A stretch of DNA of 63,024 bases, counting the filler, from Phoronis australis (Eukaryota > Animalia > Phoronida), in NCBI GenBank assembly GCA_002633005.1. It is 7 parts of 7 records of this genome, joined end to end, with 100 filler letters (N's around TTAATTAATTAA, not from the genome) between each part and the next. Parts side by side here need not be neighbours in the genome. Positions count along the whole stretch, not along the records: positions 25,605 to 50,620 come from NMRA01001219.1; positions 50,721 to 59,206 come from NMRA01000624.1; 5 more parts are not named here. One strand, given 5' to 3'. The translations under genes and the position numbers were made by a program. The notes beneath the pieces were generated by a model that saw nothing but the letters and a program-made list of their open reading frames with translations, was not told where the DNA came from and did not search any database. Shown piece by piece: positions 40,672 to 51,834 of the stretch; the stretch's first letter is position 1; every line of letters starts with the position of its first letter.

Positions 40672-42104
40672 TACTTAAGACTGAAATCGGTCTAAGCTAC
40701 TACAAGAACAAAAGTTAGCCTGCTACAGAGTAGGCTTAGTAATGGACGTTGGGTCTAAATTACCAATATTTAGGACTGTTATCAATGTAAACTGTTGAAG
40801 AACAAATTTCGTTGATATTTTCACAACCATGTGTCCCTAAAATATATCAAATTGAAGATCGTCTGCTGAACCGGCAGAGGCAGTTGAGACAATGCAATGC
40901 GACTTATCGGCATTCAATGTACGTGTATGTGATAAGATTGTCCAGCCATACCATGATTTTCTCAAGATAACGAGGTCGTGATTGTATCTAAAATGTGATT
41001 AAATCCCCATTTAGAGTTTCAAGACCAAGATTAATCTTTAAATGGGATTTTGGCACAGTGCGCCTCACTTACGTGTAGTTGTGTGGATTCGCAACAGACT
41101 TACTTTCTGTAAAAGTTAAGACCGAATACCAAAATCCGACGTCGTGTTCATGAAATGATATTTTCTAAATAGGCCTAATTTTATTCTTAACTTTTTAAAT
41201 TTTTGGTCTTAGTCTTAGGTCAGTTTTCATTAAACAGGACCCTGCTTGTTTCCGAATGGTAAAAATCCTCAGGCACCCGCAAATACATGTACAAATCTGC
41301 TCCTGGTCGTATGGCACCTCTTAATTGTTGTCCTTCGTGTAACTGTTATGAGATCCTATCTTGTGTTTCAGGTAACGAGGAAGCTGAGAGGCAAGGCTAG
41401 CCACTTCGTTAGAGGAACTGTTAGCCAAATGCAGTAAGCATGCAAATTGACGTTTTGGACCTAATTTGACGCCAGGTCAATGCTTATTTCCGGGCCCAAA
41501 TTGAGTCATTTACTGCCGTGACTCGTCATTACTAAACTTCCGAATACCGTTTAGCAATAGCCTTGCTGATAAAACTGGCTGTGTCTGTTTTGAGTCTTGA
41601 CCAGGAGAAATCTGTAGTGATATTCATTTGCATGCAAACGTGAAAAGTGTTTTTCAAAATGAGAAAACGCTCCTCCAGTGGTTCGAGAAGCTCTTGTACA
41701 GGATTACACGAGACTGGATGTCACCTGCATTCATGTCTGCCTCTTGTGAAATTGTGACAATTGATGAACCAGTGTGATTCAGTAGCCGTGGTGTGAAAAA
41801 TTCAAAACCTTTAAAAAATATTGCAAGAAAATGAGGCACGTCGCTCTAAAAATGACTCACTGGCTTAATTGTTGTCCATTGGTCAGCTAGCTATATTTAG
41901 TCGTCAAAGCACAGCTAGTGAACGATGTAGGTGCCATGTTGTCAATTTAAATGAAGTCAGTTTTTAAGCTCACCACAACTGTATTTGCTATCCTATCGCA
42001 ACGACATTTGCAATCGTGCAGAAATTTGTTTTTGCAAACCCACATTCCAATGACAACTAACTCGTCGGTTGCGCAGTTTTAAAAGAAACACAATCTGATG
42101 AACG

Positions 42105-42231
42105 CAGGGGCGGATCCAGGATTTTTAGTTGTGGGACAGGGCACAGTATTATCCAGGATTTTGCCCGTCAGACATTCGCACCCCCGAACTGCCAAATGGA
42201 ATCAGGGGGAGCCCCCTCTAAATCCGCTACT
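42105..42231. mobile_element. Short MITE with CAGGGGCGGAT…ATCCGCTACTG ends
   Basis: Imperfect TIR; no clear TSD. Confidence 0.5.
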
Positions 42232-43965
42232 GGAATAGCATTTTCTTACATCAATCTACCGCTTTCGTAACAAAGTCAACCGTCGACTTCATTTAGTATG
42301 CTTGTGAGGCGCATGCGTCATTTGTTCAATTTTTTGCGCTCACAAAAGTGACATGTTTTGGGAGATACTAGCAGCTTTGTCGAAGTAAAAGTTCCTCGAA
42401 CTGTCAGTTCACTGCTAATAAAGTACTCAAAACTCAAACTCATTAATTCAATGTGCAGATGAAATTAATTTTGCGCAATCTTCTGAATACGAAAAGTGGA
42501 TTGAAGAATCGGCGGTAACAAGTGTTCCAGGAGATGGCACTCAATTTTATGGGGCTCAAAGATGACGCATAAAATCCATCCAGAATCTTAAGGTTATTTC
42601 AAACCTCATTTAGTGGCATCCATTCTAACTGGGATACCTAAAACCTAAGCATTGTCAACTAGTAAAAGTATATGGTTTCTGAAATATCTCCATGATAGCA
42701 AGTAGCAGCACATGTTAATAAAAACAACGATGGATTTAAACCGGATTGGAATGTTTTGGCGTTTCGTAAAAACCATCCTCAGAAGAAAAAACAGTGGCCA
42801 CCTTGCATGGCCCAACAACATGTAATGATACACAAACAAAGGCAGTTACGGGGGAGTGTAACAGTAGACTAGGCAAACAATGACAACCTCTGGTGAGCTA
42901 GTTGGCTATTGAGACTGTGCTTACACCAATTGATATGTAGAGCCTCATTGATTTTTTCATACGATTTTGAAGTCTTGTAAATTCGTTTCAGAATGTCTGG
43001 CACTTCAAGTAAAGCAAGAATCGCAGTTTGGTTCAACAGAAAATTTGAATTTGACGATGCCACCAAAATTAACGTCTCGAATATCTTGTATGGTGTTTTT
43101 AGACAAAATCCTCTTTTGCAAGGTGATGACGGCTATTATTACGTTCTAGGTAAGGAAACTGCTTAACTTACGTGTACAGTGCCAAACGTCCGAAACAGAG
43201 GGTCTCAATAAACTGTCGGTTTGTTTAAAAAGGAAATTTGCTTTGTGGTTGCGACAATCCCTAATTCCCACAAGCGAGATCTTAAATAATATATTACTCT
43301 AAGAATAATGACGTTTAACTGCACGCTTCAACCTCTGTAGGGCTAACTTTAGTTACTAACGATCTTATCTGCTATACCGGTCCAAATTCTGACTTGACGC
43401 TCCTTCAACGACGACCTTGTTCGACACTTCTGGAGCCAACTACACGTCTGTGCTCACTATAAGTGGGTCTCACTCAACAGTCCTGTTGGTGACTAGTTGT
43501 AACAATTGCTATCAAATACCGCTCTATTGTAACAGCATGTTTGTTAGTCACAGGTCTTCGCGACGCAACGCGAGCCGGAATCATTCTCTTTATACGCACG
43601 ATAAAATTTGCTGGTCACAGTCCATAGTGACGCAACACGTTGGTATCCCACTACAGAACAGCAAAAGTTTAGATAAATATATAACGAACTTCCTGTAAAT
43701 TGACCCGCCCTTGAAAGATCCTTTTTAAAATCTTCTATGTCATCCTCTTCCTTGTAACATTTCTTCAATTCACCAAAGCAAATTCAACTAGCCTCACTTC
43801 AAAGTTCCATCAGATAATTTGTATGAGTGCTGACTAAGTTATAATAATTATTGGTAACTATTGTGTAACAAAAACCACATAATTTTATGGCTAATAGATC
43901 ACTTTTGAAATACAGTAGCTGCACCATAGTAAAATTTACTATAGCGCCACACAGCGATCAAGGTA

Positions 43966-44075
43966 GCGTTCAGTAACGTCAGGACTTCAAAATATTACGT
44001 GAGATACTGTCGTGTGTTTTAATTGAGAACACATGATTTTGGCTATATTTTAGCTTGGTCCTAGCGTTCAACGCC
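43966..44075. mobile_element. ~150-bp MITE family, copy 2 (internally deleted)
   Basis: GCGTTCAGTAACGTCAGGAC…TACGTGAGATA…GAGAACAC…GGTCCTAGCGTT shared with copy 3. Confidence 0.7.
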
Positions 44076-44244
44076 ACCTTCAGATCCCATTTAATGCGGA
44101 TGAGATGTTTCAACCTACCTACTGATATAATCAGTATTTTAACACCTTTCGTGTTATTATAATACATTTTGCCACTGCGAAGAAGAGATGGCGACAAACC
44201 GAGTGGTTGTGGCTGATAAAGTGTATGAACTGTGATCCCAGCCA

Positions 44245-44502
44245 CTGGCAAGGAGTTGAACGATGAGAGAGGCTGGCAAGGAGTTGAACGATGGGAGAGG
44301 CTGGCAGGGAGTTGAACGATGGGAGAGGCTGGCAAGGAGTTGAACGATGGGAGAGGCTGGCAAGGAGTTGAACGATGGGAGAGGCTGGCAAGGAGTTGAA
44401 CGATGGGAGAGGCTGGCAAGGAGTTGAACGATGGGAGAGGCTGGCAAGGAGTTGAACGATGGGAGAGGCTGGCAAGGAGTTGAACGATGGGAGAGGCTGG
44501 CA
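44245..44502 (+). repeat. 28-bp purine-rich minisatellite (CTGGCAAGGAGTTGAACGATGGGAGAGG), ~9 copies
   Basis: Near-identical units read directly; explains the three overlapping repetitive minus-strand ORFs. Confidence 0.95.
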
Positions 44503-45182
44503 GCAGAATTTAAATTTCAGATTAATGTCATATAAAAATTGCATTTCTGTTGACCAAATCTGAGTTGCGATCAATCGGAAGTCACTTTCATGCTACCATT
44601 ACTCTGGAGAGCGCGAATATGAAATGTCCCCTATTATTTTAATGCCTATCGTTTTGCGTTACCATGAGGTTTTGCACCCTTGCCATGAACATGGTGACTA
44701 TGTTGTAATAACCTGATGTCAACCATCTTTTCCGCAAACAAGTTGTTATTCTGCAGCATACCGTCAGTGACAGTAACTCTCTATTACAACACATTATTTA
44801 TTCAATATTTATTCTGACGCAAAAATCTCTCAGTTGAATGAAAGGCGAACTACATAACTTCAGCTTGATCCAAATCTGGAATTTTAACGGGATTATTCGA
44901 AGAATGACTGGACTGTTGTTTGTAGGTAACGATTACTCTATTGTCAGAATGAATCTTTCGATTGAAATTTTCAATAAGTCTTGAACTGGTAGTTTTTGAG
45001 ACCCAATTTCCAATACCATTAAGCCTTTAGGTCTTACGTAAGTTTAAAAAGTTATGTAAGACCTTAACTCGAAAAACTTTATAGCTTATGAACATTTCAG
45101 AAATCGACCGGTGCGGTGGGACACATCGGTGTTCAGAGCTGTCTGTATGCACGAATGGTGTAAATGATGTTATCTGCGAATG

Positions 45183-45434
45183 CAGAGGCAGCTTCGTCAG
45201 TAAAGACCAGGGACAAACGTGTTGTAAGTTGAATAGACTCCTTCAGAGGGAGCTTCGTCAGTAAAGACGAGGGACAAACGTGTTGTAAGTTGATTAGACT
45301 CCTACAGAGGCAGCTTCGTCAGTAAAGACGAGGGACAAACGTGTTGTAAGTTGATTAGACTCCTACAGAGGCAGCTTCGTCAGTAAAGACGAGGGACAAA
45401 CGTGTTGTAAGTTGATTAGACTCCTACAGAGGCA
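45183..45434 (+). repeat. ~61-bp tandem repeat, 4 copies
   Basis: CAGAGGCAGCTTCGTCAGTAAAGACGAGGGACAAACGTGTTGTAAGTTGATTAGACTCCTA repeated with few changes; no spacers. Confidence 0.95.
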
Positions 45435-45601
45435 CACTGCGTTTTCTAGAACTCATGAATTGGATAGTAGCTTGTCACAAAAACAAAAAACGAAATGTGT
45501 AGTGAAGTACGACCAAGCCCCTCGGTCCTGCGTTTCCCTGGATGTGTCATTTTGAGACATTAACTTGTATTGGAACAACAGTTCGAATTCATTCCTTTAC
45601 T

Positions 45602-45680
45602 GAACAGGGTGGCAACTCATATACGGAACAGGATGGCAACTCATATCATGTATACGGAACAGGATGGCAACTCATATACC
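45602..45680 (+). repeat. ~24-bp repeat (GAACAGGATGGCAACTCATATAC), 3 copies
   Basis: Read directly. Confidence 0.8.
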
Positions 45681-46012
45681 GCCTTGTTTCGACATTTCAA
45701 GAAACGCACCCTTTGATTTTCAACAAAAAACACTTGATCAATTTCATTCTCTTTGAAATTACAAAACATTGTATATGTTTGTGACTGTCAGATGGTCGTG
45801 AAGGATGTTCTGCAGAACGTTCTTGCCCGTCACGAAGGAAGATTCTTAGACTGTGTAACTACTGTTTTTCAGACAGGCCCAACTCGGGTAAGTGGCGCAT
45901 TTGATATATTCTCAACTATAGAGTGTTACAGTTACACGTTTTACAGGATGGTTTCAGTGCCGGGTAGGCTAATCTATGAATCAGCGGTCTGTACACAGCG
46001 TGCACCCTTTTA

Positions 46013-46389
46013 CAAGGTACCTAAACTTAACGGTCAACGGACTCATAAACACGGGCACGGACGCATGAACACGACTCACGGACCTGCAAACAACGTCCAT
46101 TGATTCACAAACACGGGAACGGACTCACAAAACACGATCCACGCACCCAAGTAGTCGGGACACAGACTCATCAGCTTCCTGGGTCAGCTGACATCTTCAT
46201 TTTGTCCGTAAAGCATTTTTGGCAGTCCGTTAACCGTGTTTCCTCGTGAATATGAGTCCGTGTCCCGTGTATTTGAGTGCGTGGATCGTGTTTTGTGAGT
46301 CCGTTCCCGTGTTTGTGAGTCAGTGGACCGTGTTTGCAGGTCTGTGCCCGTGTTTATGAGTCCGTTGACCGTGTAGTTGAGGTACCTTG
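46013..46389. mobile_element. 377-bp foldback MITE with long repetitive TIRs and a TTTTA target duplication
   Basis: TTTTA|CAAGGTACCT…ACGGTCAACGGACTCATAAACACGGGCAC … GTGCCCGTGTTTATGAGTCCGTTGACCGT…AGGTACCTTG|TTTTA. Confidence 0.85.
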
Positions 46390-47263
46390 TTTTAAATCTA
46401 ACCCCAAAAATACCATGGTTTGTTTGAATTGCTTCGGTAAGTGTACAAATCACTCCTTCACAAAGCTCAGAAGTGTGGCTCTGCGTCCGAAAAATTAGCT
46501 TCGTTGTAAAGGCTCGGACGATTTACTTCAGAGTTCAGAATGCAGGTTTTCCCCAAGAAAATTCAGTTTAATTATAGGTTGCTGTAAGTGGCTTGGTTTT
46601 ACAATCCATGCGCCTACGTGGAGTCCTGTAAAATAGAATGGAGTAGCTGGTCCGGCCCCATTAAAAAAAGATGCGAAGATATAAAATTTCTAACGTTTAG
46701 TCCTTTGGACCTAGTGCTTGATATCTTACCCCGAGAACTTCTAGATCGCACAAACGGTCAAAAATCAATAGTGAACAAAACATGTATTTGTGTGTTCCAG
46801 AAACATGGTTCTATCGAGGTATTGCAGATGTGGAAGCCGAATGGAATGAAGCATTTCTGTCACCACTCAGCGAGTTATCAAAAAGTGTTCGGGAAGAGTT
46901 TCCCAAAGTTATTGTTTCAGCGATACAGAACGACGTATTGTGGCGTACCATGTTACGCCAAAGTCGGGTGATGAGCATGAGTCAAATAAGCAATGGCATA
47001 AGCATGGAATTCCTGTGTATGTTCGTAGGACCACCGATACCGACAGTCCGTGTCACAAAACTGTTTACTAGATTACTCTTGAACGTCGCTAAGACCAACA
47101 CGACTCTGACGTATGATAAGATTGTTCAAGTAAACCGTGAGTACAGTCAATGCCGCGATATGAGACTTATGGAAATCGCGAATCATTCCCGTTTGGGAAA
47201 TAGTCACATTGGAATGGAAACGGTCATTTCAATCCCGTAATTCAACGTATAAACCAGACTCTT

Positions 47264-47408
47264 GTTCAGTAACGCTAGGACCTCGCTAAAAACCAAGACT
47301 TCGTGAGAATACGTGAGATATTGCCGTCTATTTTAAACGAGAACACGAAACTTTAGATAGATTTTAGCTAGGCTCTAGCGTAGGTCTTAGCGTTACTGAA
47401 TGCACGCC
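47264..47408. mobile_element. ~150-bp MITE family, copy 3 (opposite orientation to copy 1)
   Basis: GTTCAGTAACGCTAGGACC…GGTCTTAGCGTTACTGAAT; its reverse complement aligns to copy 1. Confidence 0.8.
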
Positions 47409-50147
47409 TTACCGCCTAAATTGTCTCACATTTAGCCTACATAAGAATATAATCTGAAATATAGTTCTATATTGTTAAATCAAATATGAGGGCAACGGGA
47501 CCATCTAAGTCAGCAGATCATACAAAACTTTTTTTTCTGGCGTAACTTGAGGCATAATCGGGATGGTAATAACTGCGGCTTGCGATCACCATGGCAACTA
47601 CTCATCATGTCTCTCGATTACAACAGCTTGCTTTGATACAGCTGCTTCTATTTTCGTCGCCCGTAAAGATTATCCAACAAGGAACAGCGTGCAATTCAGT
47701 GAAGTCGTTGATCGACAATTGAATGAATATTTTCCTTAAGGAAATACAGAAAATGAGACAAAGAATACAATTTTGAACTGACCTTAATATTGTCATGGTT
47801 ATCAACAATCTGTTTTCCATAATGTAATGTAGTAACTGTATACGAAACTAATCGACAAAGGTACCCGCAATTTCGTTATTGTGCACTTGTATGGTCGTAA
47901 GCGTGTCCTCGAAACCTTCGCCATTCAGTTGAGTGATTTCCAGGGTCTAGGGAACATAATCCTGTCCTTATAGGTACTTTGTTCAACATACAGTAGACGT
48001 ACGTAAATCGACTTCGACGCACACATCAATCTATGTTCGCATAAAAAATCGAATTCTTTTGTACCTTCAGTGCTTGAAATTTAGATCGTGTGAGACAGAA
48101 CGATGTTCTTTTATCAGAAGGCATTACCAGCGTTGCCAAAACACGCTGGCCCGGTGGCCCGCGAGGGGTCAGTTGATTTTTGGCCGGGCCAGTAAACTTT
48201 CACATATAATTAGAAAACGGACAATCGCCCGACAAAATAAAAAAGTTCGTGTTAACTCAAGGTTTCGTCTATTCATAAGACATCATAAGGATATGTACAG
48301 TGGTCTAACATTCAAGTAACTCGAACACTGGGCATTGCCATACCGGGAAGGACAGAGAGCCTTTTTTGATGCGACTATGTGAGATGTACGACGATACCAG
48401 CAAATTTTGAATGCCTTTGTTACCACGATAAGAGTAAAAAATCTTATATGAAGTAGCAAATTACGTGGTCGGATATTGCTGTCCTTCCCATGCAGACATC
48501 TTTGCATTTTTAAATGGTGAAGATCAGGAGATACTACAGTGGAGCCTATGTAGTAGTCGTATAAGAAATTTTCAAATTGAGTGGCCGTCTTAGTACTAAC
48601 CTAAAGCTCGAGGGCGCGAGTCCTAAATTACTGAGTAACTGGGGCGTGGGTGATCGATAAATATTGTCTGATTTGTTGAGCAAGCCGATTTTTTACAAAA
48701 AGAAGCAATTCGAAACCTTTCAGATAATCGCAAGCTCGGGTTGAAAACACGTGAACAAAGGTGCGGCCAACATTGTGAATGTTCGTCACAATTTTAGCAA
48801 ATGGTTGTTTGTTCGTCCTCCTATCTCATAGTTGTCTCCCCTTGTTGAAGTCAAAGCCGCTTTGTACCTGGTCTGTTCCCCCTACCTATCTTTACCACTA
48901 CAATATTATTTATTTGTGTGAGACTGTTTTTAATTTGCATGAAAATGAGAGATTAGAGGAAAGTGATGAGGGGCAATCGTAAGTTAAAGGCTTGGTTACA
49001 TTGTTCATAGTCGGATATAAAGTGCCCGCCTTTTGAGTACCAGTTTTCTCAATCAAAGATTGGACATAAAACTGGGCACATTGGGACGGTAAATTGCCTA
49101 ACGTTCGATCGACAACTACTCGTTTTGAACTTGATTTCAAGTTATTCGTTAGTCAAATTAGAGATTATTGTAGTTTCGAAAGAAATGTCTGTTAATTTGT
49201 ATTGTTACTTCTTAACGTAGATTTTGGCTTGTCATTTTTCTTTCAAAAAAGCGAAAATGATGGTAAAATGTCCCTTTTTGAGGGATGAAGGGATAATTTC
49301 TCTTCATGTCATGGTTAATTTTTTCTATCCAACTGATTAAATCATGTGTTTCTCTGTTGCTAGATAAGCCGGAATCGCATAAAGGAGAATGTTTGCCGCC
49401 AGTAGGTAAGTCTTTTGCGCCCGTCATACTAGAAGAGCGAATGCTCATTACGTTGAGCAATCTCAATAAATCGTGATGACTAAAACTCAGGTGAAATCTT
49501 TTACTCAAGGTACATTTACATGGGCCAAACTACATTGTAAGCGTAAGAGTTTTAGTTTGTGGTTTGTCACCCTTAATTTTGCCCACTCTTTAAAACCCGT
49601 TAAAATGTTGGGTGTTCAGATTAGGCGAGAAGGGAAACACAGACGCGTTTGATTTTTCGGGAATGTTTTCTTTTCTTGAGGCTTTTTGGCCAGTTTGGCG
49701 ACTTTCACACAAAAGGTGATGGTGGACCTTTTTCTGTTGACTTCCCTGGAAATGGAATGAATAAAAATAGCAGTTCCTCAACCGCATAACATGGAAGCCC
49801 GGAACTTAAACCGATCCGGTAAAGCCGTGCCTCGATCCCTGTCCTTTTGAGTTCTTATCTATGGGCGTCGTGGCTGCCGAATATCAGTCCCAGACTCTCT
49901 AAATAACAAAGTTGCCGTTTTAGCACGGAGTGTTTGCATTGTGCGACTTGCTTGTAGCTATGATTCGAACCTATGACTTCAGTCACCGTTGTCCGGTACT
50001 TAGCAAGTGCCAAACGCCAATGATTGACCGTTGCCGGTTCCACCAGTTCAACCGGCTAAGGCATATTGTTCTTTGGTTCACAAATCCTTCTTAACCGCTG
50101 CGTCGGTCTTTGATAACGTCACAGTGCATCCAAGTGTTATTTGGCAG

Positions 50148-50620
50148 AGTAGTATAGTAAGTCATTTAGACGACACGTTTTGAGGGTCTCGGTCAAAGGT
50201 CACCCTTGTGAAAGGTCAAAGGTCACGTGGGATAACTGCAATCGGAAGGGACAGCATCCGCCTACCGGACGGATGTGTCAATGACGTCACGCCTCATGAC
50301 GTAATAGGTTTAAGTGGACCCGTTAGAGAGGCACCTCGATGCCCGTTTTGCTGCTCCTAGCAACGGATCGAGAATCGAAACAAAAGAGGGATGCTGAATA
50401 AGAGCAAAACGTGGATTACCTTATTTCGTGTGCGCCGAGTGTCGTCGTTGTATATTGTGTGTTCTGTCTCATCAAAAACAAAGGCATATACAAAAGGGGT
50501 TAACCACCCAACCCAACAACAGATGTCGCGTAAAGTCTAACCCAGGCCCCGACGGTACTAAGCGAATCGTACTCATACTAATAAGAAGCGACCAGCTCAC
50601 ACAGAACATAAAACCGATAG
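50148..50620 (+). mobile_element. Left terminal inverted repeat of a second Polinton/Maverick of the same family
   Basis: Starts AGTAGTATAGTAAG; aligns as the reverse complement of ~27139-27589; runs into the gap; flank (TGGCAG) differs from the flank after 27589 (GATTTC). Confidence 0.8.
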
Positions 50621-51834
50621 NNNNNNNNNNNNNNNNNNNNNNNNNNNNNNNNNNNNNNNNNNNNTTAATTAATTAANNNNNNNNNNNNNNNNNNNNNNNN
50701 NNNNNNNNNNNNNNNNNNNNATGTTCAAGACCGTACACAACCTGGTTGACATTCCCACACATACTTTTTACCCCTATATATTTGTACATCACGTATTTTC
50801 CACTCTCGTACCTCGTGAACTCAAATTCGCACTGCATACTACGCAAACTCTTTTTTCCCATCTACTTTTTTACTATGGAACAGACTCCCACCACATGCGA
50901 TCTCATCAGAAATATTAAAGATGCTCACGAGTCACATCTCAAACATCAACCTTACTCGGTAGATAATAAAACTTGTTTTTTATCCTGGCACTAACCCACA
51001 CTTTGTTTTGTTTATCACTAACATGCGCCAATACGTAAGGATCGGTATTTCGGTATTTGGCTACACTTTAACTGTTTAGGTTTCTTGCGCATGCGAAAAT
51101 GGACTCCAAAGCACTTCTTATGTATACGGAAAAATGGATGTGTACTTGCAATTTAAAAAGAGCATGAAGTAGGAAACATTAATGAATTACTAACCACGAT
51201 ACGTTCACCAAATCCATGTCAAGATCGCATCATTTCCCAGCGCGACACAGAAAAGTTTATCCGTGGCACTTCAGCCTCACCCATGGAAACAGAAACGGGA
51301 ATGGCCAAGTCGGAACTAAATGTAGTAGCTTTCCCTATCCCAGTCAGTCTTCACTAGATCTGAGAGTCGCATCCTGTCTTCCCATATTTCGTAGCCACCC
51401 AGATATAAAGTAAATTATGCCCGTGCCTCAAATGTTGCCTTGTTTGAATATGTGTCATTTTGGATTCGAGAATATCGCGATTGGGAGTGATTGAATCTGA
51501 GACATTTGCAAACAGCGCAATCAATGTTTATGGGAACTATTCAACTTTTGCACACTCTTTATATGGTTACTAAACGGACACAATTACAATAGTTTATAAA
51601 TGTCATTTCCACCACATTAGCAGACATAGAAAACTGTCGGGCTTATGAACATGGTTTCGTAATAGTGAACCTTAGGAGTGACCTTGGAAATTTTTCCACC
51701 AAGTTTGTTGCTCGTAAGAAGTCTGCGAGGCTGTGCACCATCGGCAATAATTTACAAGAAAAGACTTTTGAAAAATATGGTGTGGAAAAGCAAGTCGGCG
51801 AGATTTTCTCAGTGCAAGAAAACATGGTAGTGAA

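Larger units (their letters stand above)
35760..41241. mobile_element. Harbinger-like MITE split by a ~4.8-kb insertion
   Basis: Ends GGACGCGTTTTATGAAAC and GTTTTCATTAAACAGGACC|CTG resemble the intact 61409-61643 element; TTAAG-rich halves rejoin as AATTAAGTA/CTTAAGAC across the insert. Confidence 0.45.

Noticed and set aside
43979-44574. Three overlapping repetitive minus-strand ORFs
   Set aside because: Translation products of a stop-free 28-bp minisatellite.
44245-45434. 28-bp and ~61-bp arrays as CRISPR arrays
   Set aside because: The units are contiguous with no unique spacers, there are no cas genes, and the context is eukaryotic.
48779-48982. Signal-peptide exon for the ShK gene
   Set aside because: Hydrophobic start, but no suitable phase-1 donor follows it, and it is separated from the ShK exons by a Polinton end and a gap.
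27590-50147. One 23-kb Polinton enclosed by the two TIRs
   Set aside because: The AGTAGT termini point toward this interval, so the elements lie outside it; no PolB, integrase, capsid or protease motifs were seen within.
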